Of a DNA stretch of 22,380 nt, positions 16,601 to 22,380 are shown one piece after another. The stretch covers positions 1 to 22,380 of the forward strand of contig JAYENX010000002.1 of the NCBI GenBank assembly GCA_034722435.1, in the 5' to 3' direction. The notes beneath the pieces were generated by a model that worked only from the letters and a program-made list of their open reading frames with translations, had not been told where the DNA came from and did no database searches. Numbering within the stretch: position 1 is the first letter of the stretch; each line of letters opens with the position of its first letter. This DNA comes from Nanobdellota archaeon. GTDB taxonomy: Archaea > Nanobdellota > Nanobdellia > Woesearchaeales > JAHWHD01. Made by a program: the position numbers and the translations under genes.

Positions 16601-17133
16601 GCCTTACGCTTTTTTTCTTCATAACCAGAAATTCCCGATATTTCTTCAACAACCCTTCTTCTCTCTACTGAAGGCATCTCAACAAACTTGACAATATCTC
16701 CCTGTAGAATTATGTTAAAACCGTCAGGATCAATCTTTGCTAAACCCATCATATCAAGAACTTGCGTTCTTGTAACTTTATTATCATTTATTCGATAAAC
16801 TGAAGTTCCATTTTGTTTAATCTTTCTCGAAACTTTAATTTCTTTAGTATCTTCAGGAAACGTTTTATCCGAATTATCAAAGTATATGGACACCTCTCCA
16901 AACTTTGCAGGTTCTTTTTTCTTTCCACCATTATATATAAGGTTAGCAGATTTCTCTGCACGCATAGATTTAGCAGAACTTCTTCCAAGTACAAAACATA
17001 GGGCGTCGCCTATATTACTCTTTCCAGAACCGTTCGGACCTAGAACACAGTTAAACTTATCTCCAAACAACAGATCTGTCTTTTTTGCAAAGCTCTTAAA
17101 ACCGAGCATTTGCATCTTTGTAATCTTGGTCAT
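13639..17133 (-). CDS. smc: Chromosome segregation protein SMC
   Basis: Walker A GPNGSGKSN, long coiled coils, hinge GIYGTVSELG...GTLVV, signature LSGGEK, Walker B FYILDEVDAALD; 1164 aa. Confidence 0.98.
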   Translation of the reverse strand: MTKITKMQMLGFKSFAKKTDLLFGDKFNCVLGPNGSGKSNIGDALCFVLGRSSAKSMRAEKSANLIYNGGKKKEPAKFGEVSIYFDNSDKTFPEDTKEIKVSRKIKQNGTSVYRINDNKVTRTQVLDMMGLAKIDPDGFNIILQGDIVKFVEMPSVERRRVVEEISGISGYEEKKRKAMNELGRVDERLNEADIVLTERKTYLRELKKDRDQALKFKDLKDNIDTNKASYLNMQIKKKEKVNTDLNKKVSNHKEDLDKSESKIKKLKSNIDEKKIEIEDISKEIEVQGEKEQVALHKQVETLKVNLATDKTRTENCSNEIEKINEREKQLKQEFKEAGEKVKGIAEEKKALERQKIEKNKEIKFIEDELKKFRKKNEMDNVEEIDKEIEEIDKEAESKQKKIAELREQQQNFLREKDKLEFQIKSIDEKLAKVLEVEKENKSQIQNLKNRKDLFKKATLELNKRLNEDSSLSAQIGKARGNLTANQEKLAKLEARNIAAKESVAGEASIRKVLDLKKEIPGIYGTVSELGNVDNKYATALEVAAGNKIKFIVVEDDKVASRCIRYLKDNKLGIAAFIPLNKIKSFHGQDSGKKHVQANGCHGFAIDLIEFDLKFKKVFNYVFGGTLVVDNIDVARRLGIGTAKMVTLDGDIAEGSGVMKGGFRHRKGRSMGFKENELMKDIEKCNEMIADSSSIMSTFDKRRKENEEQIIKLRTEKAELEAEIIMLEKSLHLDSGDLGTSQKSKTDMENMLAKIEKGLDNVQDEIMDVNRELAQNKIKRQELRNKISQLRNPRLVAEFNAFEEKRRQVKERIIQIESELNNFDTQIQMVSPESEKITNVLKQIENEKDKFTLELKALNSKIKKGEIELKDKEKKSQQFYAKYKALFNKRSKVNDEINKLDRDIDRVRDVSRGAEIKMNTLSLEHAKIKAELAGLHEEFKQFEGVKLNLRKDEQQLKHDIDKFERMMSNMGAVNMRALEVYDEIEKQYNALIEKKNKLDLEKQDVEGLIGEIEIKKTELFMKTLNIVGEKFENIFVTLSRKGTAYLELENPKQPFEGGLNIKVKITGKKYLDIRSLSGGEKTMTALAFIFAIQEHEPHSFYILDEVDAALDKHNSEKLAKLIRKYCDYAQYIVISHNDSMISESDTLYGISMNEHGISQVTSLEL

Positions 17134-17215
17134 TAATTGTATCCCTCGCTTTATAAATAAACATATAAACTGTTTAAATAGCTTTTGATTTATTATTTAT
17201 AAATATTATATACTA

Positions 17216-18025
17216 TTATAAAAGGAATTTCTGCACATTCTTAAAATGTAATTTAGCAACAGTTTTCAAATTTACTTTGCTTGCAGCTTTCTTAAGCGCT
17301 TCTGCAACATGCGTGCTACCTTTAGGAAGTTCAAACCCTATACGTTTACTGAGCTTTTGAAGTTGTTTTATTGCAGCCTCTCTTGCCAAGATTGACGCAG
17401 CCGCTACCTCTACATATTTACTCTCGGCTTTTGTTTCCATTTTAGCTTTCACTTTACATCCCGGATATTTATCAGTTATTGCCATATCGCAAGGACGTAG
17501 TTCCGTAATTACTTGATTATGTAACTTGTTAAGAATCTCGGTTACTCCGTCATACTTGTTATATTCTTCGGGCATCATACTAATCACTTTATACTCTACC
17601 ACCTTTTTAACTCGTTGAGCGATAATAAAAATCTCGTTATCATCTAATTTTTTAGAATCCATTACACCTGCAAACAATAAATCTCGTCTTTGATCATCGT
17701 TAGCTTTTACTGCTGCAACGACAATCCCTCCAAACGAGTCACCTTTCAAAGATTCATCACTTCCAATCACTACACCTTCTTCTTTTGCAAACTTAATAGG
17801 TATAACCTTTTTACCAATCTTTAATTCAGAAAATAAAGCTTCAACAGCCTTTACAGATTCTTCTTTACCCTGCACCAAAAGTTTGTTTGAAGTAAATAGT
17901 ATCATGACTGCACCATTACCTCGCAGTCTGATAACTTCATACTCTGTTTTTGTTTTTTCTACAATGTATCCAAAATCTAATAACTGTCTTAATTCCTTTT
18001 TCTGAACTTTAGTATACGTTGTCAT
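17216..18025 (-). CDS. rnhC: Ribonuclease HIII-like protein
   Basis: N-terminal TBP-like region; IGSDESLKGDSFGGIVVAAV, KAESKYVEVAAASILAR and C-terminal KLHFKNV. Start at 18025 from the ATGA overlap. Confidence 0.8.
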   Translation of the reverse strand: MTTYTKVQKKELRQLLDFGYIVEKTKTEYEVIRLRGNGAVMILFTSNKLLVQGKEESVKAVEALFSELKIGKKVIPIKFAKEEGVVIGSDESLKGDSFGGIVVAAVKANDDQRRDLLFAGVMDSKKLDDNEIFIIAQRVKKVVEYKVISMMPEEYNKYDGVTEILNKLHNQVITELRPCDMAITDKYPGCKVKAKMETKAESKYVEVAAASILAREAAIKQLQKLSKRIGFELPKGSTHVAEALKKAASKVNLKTVAKLHFKNVQKFLL

Positions 18026-18528
18026 TTTATTATCATTGGTAAACATTGATTAGACCTACAAACATAGTTATTTCCGTAATCTCTACAATCAATATATTCG
18101 CCACTACAAGTGTAGGTTCTTAAATTACATCTCGCAACTTTCCTTCTATACCCTTCAGATTGACACCCTAAATTATTGACCTTAGTTATACAATCTTTGT
18201 CATATACACATTCTCTGTTTCCAGGCACGCAATCTGTACCATCGGAAACATAACCAGAATCGCAAACACATTGCATGCCATCAAAATAACCGTGAGGTTG
18301 ACAAAAAGGTTCTGGCAGCTCTTGCATATTATCCATTTGATTCTGCGCTAATGGGTCTTGCGTTTGGTCATTTGTCGTAGGTTGTTGATTATTACTATTT
18401 CCTGAGTTACTACTTTCACTCAGATTATACCCTGGAATTCCTTCAAAAATGTCGCCCATCATACCATCAAACGGACAGCCCGATAATAAAAACATGGATG
18501 TCAACAACACCACGATAATTATTTTCAT
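18022..18528 (-). CDS. Cys-rich (EGF-like) secreted lipoprotein, paralog A
   Basis: Lipobox-like FLLSGC; C.PHGYFDG..C.CD.GYVSDG.DC module. Start at 18528 from the ATGA overlap. Confidence 0.85.
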   Translation of the reverse strand: MKIIIVVLLTSMFLLSGCPFDGMMGDIFEGIPGYNLSESSNSGNSNNQQPTTNDQTQDPLAQNQMDNMQELPEPFCQPHGYFDGMQCVCDSGYVSDGTDCVPGNRECVYDKDCITKVNNLGCQSEGYRRKVARCNLRTYTCSGEYIDCRDYGNNYVCRSNQCLPMIIK

Positions 18529-19307
18529 TTTTTCACGCACCTTCCTTCCGAACAGTCAAAGCCTGCACCGCAATCAACCTCTTGAGGTTCGCACTTAAAC
18601 ATTTGCGGATTACAAACATACCTTATCAAAGTATTCCCGCTACATCTCGGAGTCTGAGTACATTCATTATCATATTCGCACTCTTTTTGACTTTCACGAA
18701 TACAACCAGTTCTAGTCATTGCATAACCTTCTTCACAATCACAAACACCTATCTTTTTGTTATAAAATGTGCCTGTTAAATCGTTACAATAACCTATATC
18801 AACGCAACTATCTGTATGCGCGTCGTAAATTTCGTCTTTATCGCAACCTTCAACATCCGCGAGAAACCTTGTCCTTCCTGCAGCTTCTTCTTTATCTGAC
18901 CACGCTTTTATATCTGTTTCAAGGTATGCTTTAAACTCTTGAGATGTAACGCATTTACCCCAGAATAAATAACTGCTAACATAATATGGCGTACTTTTCG
19001 GACAACTTTTCTTTTTCCCTAGCATTAAACCTTTAGCTGTCAAGATAAACTTCTTTTCATCTTCTGCAATAGTACCTTTAATCTTTAAATCAATATAATC
19101 GTTCATGCTTGCTTCATCAACGCATACTCCGCCAAAGAATCCACCTATTCTATATGGTTTATCATCAGGACACAGCGCAATGGTTCCTTTTGTCTCTGCT
19201 TCTTTTTTCTCTTTAATCGCAACCATTAAATCTTCAACAGCAAACTCGCAACCTATAATAAATATTAACAATAATAAACCTGCAATTATGATTGTTTTTT
19301 TATCCAT
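18525..19307 (-). CDS. Cys-rich secreted lipoprotein, paralog B
   Basis: Lipobox-like IFIIGC; two CPxxxPY...CV repeats; C-terminal CDCEEGY...C....ECEYDNEC module. Confidence 0.85.
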   Translation of the reverse strand: MDKKTIIIAGLLLLIFIIGCEFAVEDLMVAIKEKKEAETKGTIALCPDDKPYRIGGFFGGVCVDEASMNDYIDLKIKGTIAEDEKKFILTAKGLMLGKKKSCPKSTPYYVSSYLFWGKCVTSQEFKAYLETDIKAWSDKEEAAGRTRFLADVEGCDKDEIYDAHTDSCVDIGYCNDLTGTFYNKKIGVCDCEEGYAMTRTGCIRESQKECEYDNECTQTPRCSGNTLIRYVCNPQMFKCEPQEVDCGAGFDCSEGRCVKK

Positions 19308-19355
19308 TTTTTAATCATCCTCTCTTTATTATTATATTATTTTTATTAAAATATT

Positions 19356-19805
19356 TTAATCTTTAACACAGCTTCCACTTCGGCAAACATAATCATCTCC
19401 ATATACTCCTTTACAGCTTACCATTTCCATCCCTACACATTTGTAAGTTCTTAAGTCGCATCTTGGAACAAACATAATGTTACCATCACAAATTGATTTT
19501 CCACAATCTTTATCATATATACATTTTCTATTTCCGGGGATGCAATCTTTACCATCTGAAACATATCCTGCATCACAAATACACTTATTACCATCAAAGT
19601 AACCGTGTGGTTCACATAAAGGTTCGGAAACATCTACATTATTATTAACTAAATCCGGTCGAGCAAGTTCTCTGTCTGGTTGAGAATTACTACTGCTACT
19701 ATAACTATTTCCAGAGAAAGGTATATAATCTGCAATATCAAACATACAACCTACACTTAAGAATACAATTGTTAACAGACTTAACATAATAATACCTTTT
19801 TTCAC
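19356..19805 (-). CDS. Cys-rich (EGF-like) secreted lipoprotein, paralog C
   Basis: Lipobox-like FLSVGC; C-terminal module closely similar to paralog A; GGTGA SD before GTG 19805. Confidence 0.85.
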   Translation of the reverse strand: MKKGIIMLSLLTIVFLSVGCMFDIADYIPFSGNSYSSSSNSQPDRELARPDLVNNNVDVSEPLCEPHGYFDGNKCICDAGYVSDGKDCIPGNRKCIYDKDCGKSICDGNIMFVPRCDLRTYKCVGMEMVSCKGVYGDDYVCRSGSCVKD

Positions 19806-19956
19806 GAATATCACCTATTTACCGTATATTCTATAAAAATACTTAATAAACTTTTCTAAATGTTAGTAACAGACATAAGTTAAAGATATCCAAAATTCGG
19901 TACTAAGTTGAAAAAGGCAAACAAATTTATTAATGACTTTTGTCTTTTTTTATGTT

Positions 19957-20622
19957 CTAGAACTCAAACAATCCTTTCTGTGCCTTTCCTTCTTTAATCC
20001 TTTTCCACGAACTCCATGTTTTTCTAAACAACCCTGGATACTTATCCCAGTTTTCTGCTAAAAACTTTTTAGTCTTTGGATCGCTCGGGTAACCAGAACC
20101 GAAATCAATACCTACCTCTTCTTTTAACCTTTCAATCTCTCTATCACGATCAACTTTGGCAAGAATAGATGCAGCACCTACCACTATATGATTCATGTCA
20201 GCTTTATGCTCAGGTATGATTTCCTTTTTTTTATCTTCAACAAATTGACTTATATATCCTTTATACGCGGGAATGTTCGGACTCGGACAGTCAACAATTA
20301 CAGCATCGCATTTTAGATGGTTAATTATTTCTGCGCATTTAACAGCTTCTAAATCGTTAAGATTTAAATTTATAGATTCCCTTGCATCAACCTCTTCAGC
20401 ACCTACCATTATAACTTTAAAATCTTTAACAATCTCTTTAACTTTAGGATAAAGTTCTTCTCTTTTTTGTTTTGTAAGAAGCTTAGAATCTTTCACACCT
20501 AAAGCTTTCAATTTAGCTTCGCCGTTTTTATCAATGGATACTCCTGCAATCACTATCGGACCTATGACTGGACCTCTGCCAGCTTCATCAATCCCTGCAA
20601 AAGTCGCATATTTTTCTTTCAT
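19957..20622 (-). CDS. rnhB: Ribonuclease HII
   Basis: GIDEAGRGPVIGP, GVKDSK, HKAD, ASILAKV and DFGSGYPSDP motifs. Confidence 0.97.
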   Translation of the reverse strand: MKEKYATFAGIDEAGRGPVIGPIVIAGVSIDKNGEAKLKALGVKDSKLLTKQKREELYPKVKEIVKDFKVIMVGAEEVDARESINLNLNDLEAVKCAEIINHLKCDAVIVDCPSPNIPAYKGYISQFVEDKKKEIIPEHKADMNHIVVGAASILAKVDRDREIERLKEEVGIDFGSGYPSDPKTKKFLAENWDKYPGLFRKTWSSWKRIKEGKAQKGLFEF

Positions 20623-20755
20623 CAAAAAAGTATAAATACGCTTCTTAATAAATTGTTGTTTTTAGGCTCTGTAACAAGTCTCTCGCTCAATTTAGAAAAT
20701 TATAAAAACTATATAACTATTAATCTTATATTAAGCTAAAAAGAGGTAAACCAAA

Positions 20756-21118
20756 ATGCCAGAATATGCTATAAGCAATGTATTCTTTTCAGGTTTCAGA
20801 GACTTGGATAAATCTGATAAGAAACGGATTAAAGAAATTATTTATTCTAAAAGCGAGAAACTTGAACGAGAATTTAAGAAGATAAAATCTTTAAGGTTTA
20901 ATTTCAAGACATACGAAGAAGGCGGTTCTGTTAAGTACTCAGTTCATCTTCTTATAGACGGCCCTTCAAAACCTATAGCTATTGATACAAAGACAGCTAA
21001 CTGGGACGCTGTGAAAGTTATTAACAGAATCTTTGCAAAAGCAAAAATCCATCTTGAAAAAAAGTTTAAGAGCTATAAAAGATCTTTATCAAAAGAACAG
21101 GCGTCAAGATTAAAATAG
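20756..21118 (+). CDS. Hypothetical protein, possibly HPF/RaiA (ribosome hibernation factor)-like fold
   Basis: GAGGT SD; 120 aa basic protein with a helix (KL.R.F..I), three strands and a helix (D....I...F.K....L.K) in the HPF order. Confidence 0.6.
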   Translation: MPEYAISNVFFSGFRDLDKSDKKRIKEIIYSKSEKLEREFKKIKSLRFNFKTYEEGGSVKYSVHLLIDGPSKPIAIDTKTANWDAVKVINRIFAKAKIHLEKKFKSYKRSLSKEQASRLK

Positions 21119-21757
21119 CTATTTAGAATTTTTTTTAATTAACTTTTTCTTTATTTTGTTAACATACCTATGAGCCAGTTGTAAAGGTTCAGGAAGTTTG
21201 TGCCCTTTTAATGTTTCTTGTGTTATCTTTAATGAACTGCCTAAACCAATTTTATGACCTGGAGATATATACACGGGTTTTGCAAATTCTTTAGTTTTCA
21301 CCTCAAACCCTCTCAAGTCTTTCTCAAAATAGATTTTGCCTTCTTCAATTTTCCCGTCAACCAATTTACAAGATATACCAATCGTAGGTACGTCAAGCAG
21401 TAATCCTACATAGCTTGCTAAACCTATCTTTCTAGGATGTGCTACTCCGTGCCCGTCTATCATAAGAAGGTCTGGTTTATTTTCTAGTTTATTGAAAGCT
21501 TCAATAATCGCAGGACCTTCTCTAAATCCTCTAAATGCAGGAATATAAGGAACAGTTGCTTCAACAATTGCGTACTTCTTTTCAATCACTTCGTTAGTTT
21601 GCATGTCAAGAACTATAATCCCTGATATAATCTTATCATCTACAAAAGTTTGGTCAACCCCTGCAATAGTTTTCACTTTAGAAAAAGAATCTTTTAACTC
21701 AACCTTTTCGCCAAGTTTATGCTGCTCTTTTTTAAACTTCTTTATTAATGATGACAT
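21119..21757 (-). CDS. nfi: Endonuclease V
   Basis: AGVD, PYIP...FRE.P, DLLMIDGHGVAHPR..GLAS, PVYISPGH and KLPEPL..AH motifs. Confidence 0.95.
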   Translation of the reverse strand: MSSLIKKFKKEQHKLGEKVELKDSFSKVKTIAGVDQTFVDDKIISGIIVLDMQTNEVIEKKYAIVEATVPYIPAFRGFREGPAIIEAFNKLENKPDLLMIDGHGVAHPRKIGLASYVGLLLDVPTIGISCKLVDGKIEEGKIYFEKDLRGFEVKTKEFAKPVYISPGHKIGLGSSLKITQETLKGHKLPEPLQLAHRYVNKIKKKLIKKNSK

Positions 21758-21845
21758 ATTTACTAACCTTTTTATTTATATACTATTGTCTAGAGTTGTT
21801 TATAAAGGTTATCTCTATAATCTTAATGAGAAATATAAAAGAAAT

Positions 21846-21858
21846 ATAGCGAGGAGAG
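21846..21858. repeat. 13-bp direct repeat of the tRNA-iMet 3' end
   Basis: ATAGCGAGGAGAG at 21846-21858 and 21943-21955. Confidence 0.85.
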
Positions 21859-21943
21859 TGATTATCACCTCAGAACCTTTGGTTCCGGGACCTCCGAACC
21901 ACATACTATGTTCATTTTACTCACATAGGATAATCAAAAAGAA

Positions 21944-22018
21944 TAGCGAGGAGAGGATTTGAACCTCCGACCTGTGGGTTATGGGCCCACCGAGCACTCC
22001 TGACTGCTCCACCTCGCT
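21944..22018 (-). tRNA. Initiator tRNA-Met(CAT)
   Basis: AGCGAGG/CCTCGCT with an A1-U72 pair, anticodon stem GTGGG/CCCAC (three G-C pairs), CAT anticodon, T-loop TTCAAAT. Confidence 0.95.
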
Positions 22019-22042
22019 GTAAAATTACTGAATTATACGCTA

Positions 22043-22089
22043 TTTATAAATCTTACTGCTTCATCTATACTAATAGAAATATTTAAAAA
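22043..22089. promoter_or_regulatory. Divergent TATA boxes for tRNA-iMet (22043-22050) and tRNA-Ser (22082-22089)
   Basis: TTTATAAA and TTTAAAAA, each about 25-30 nt from the respective tRNA 5' end. Confidence 0.6.
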
Positions 22090-22113
22090 CTACTCTTAAA
22101 TATGCTGACTTAT

Positions 22114-22230
22114 GCCGAGGTCGCATAATCTGGTATTGCGCTAGATTGCTATGTACTATCAGTGCATCAGATCACTACGCAATTATCTAGTGACCTTAGG
22201 GTCATCGGGGTTCAAATCCCCGCCTCGGCG
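22114..22230 (+). tRNA. tRNA-Ser(GCT) with a canonical 37/38 intron (22152-22184)
   Basis: GCCGAGG/CCTCGGC + G73, CTAGA/TCTAG anticodon stem, long variable arm TGACC/GGTCA, BHB helix TTGC/GCAA. Spliced length 84 nt. Confidence 0.95.
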
Positions 22231-22380
22231 TCCTACTCCAAGTTTAGGTTAGGGTCGTTCCGAACTTAAACCTCAAGTTCAGTAGCCTAGTAAGGCGTTG
22301 AACTTCAAGTTCATGTTTGTTAATGTGGATACAGGGTGTCTACAAGGCTTATATATCTGGAATTCTATGTTGTTATTGGA

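Noticed and set aside
13871-17188. Multiple + strand ORFs antisense to smc and the - strand ORF 16788-16994
   Set aside because: Shadow ORFs of a long coiled-coil gene with S/F/L-rich composition.
2810-21962. Other short antisense or overlapping ORFs (2810, 3548, 3685, 4500, 6393, 6883, 10033, 11274, 11374, 12677, 18582, 18719, 19105, 19451, 21603)
   Set aside because: They overlap well-supported genes or tRNA-adjacent DNA and show no recognisable motifs.

Overview
AT-rich, gene-dense archaeal window, most likely from a DPANN archaeon (Woesearchaeota-like; the lineage is an inference). Archaeal markers are RpoL, PAC2, AMMECR1, a METTL5-like methylase, archaeal RNase HII, TATA-type promoters and BHB tRNA introns. 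Most of it is housekeeping: uppS, rpoL, smc, rnhB, an RNase HIII-like gene, nfi, a PIG-L/methylase/GT4 operon, three Cys-rich lipoprotein paralogs and three tRNAs. The exception is a structured locus at about 5.3-9.1 kb. In order it holds 31-bp bipartite direct repeats, a T-tract AT-rich segment, a dense AGTC(T/C) iteron-like array, two divergent coiled-coil/winged-helix genes sharing an N-terminal motif, a 28-bp dif-like site (21/28 identical to E. coli dif), a Xer recombinase gene, and the same 31/32-bp repeats in inverted orientation. smc lies about 5 kb away. I read this as a candidate undescribed chromosome-maintenance module (origin and/or centromere plus dimer resolution). That function is inferred, not shown. 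All alignments were done by eye and no database search was run.
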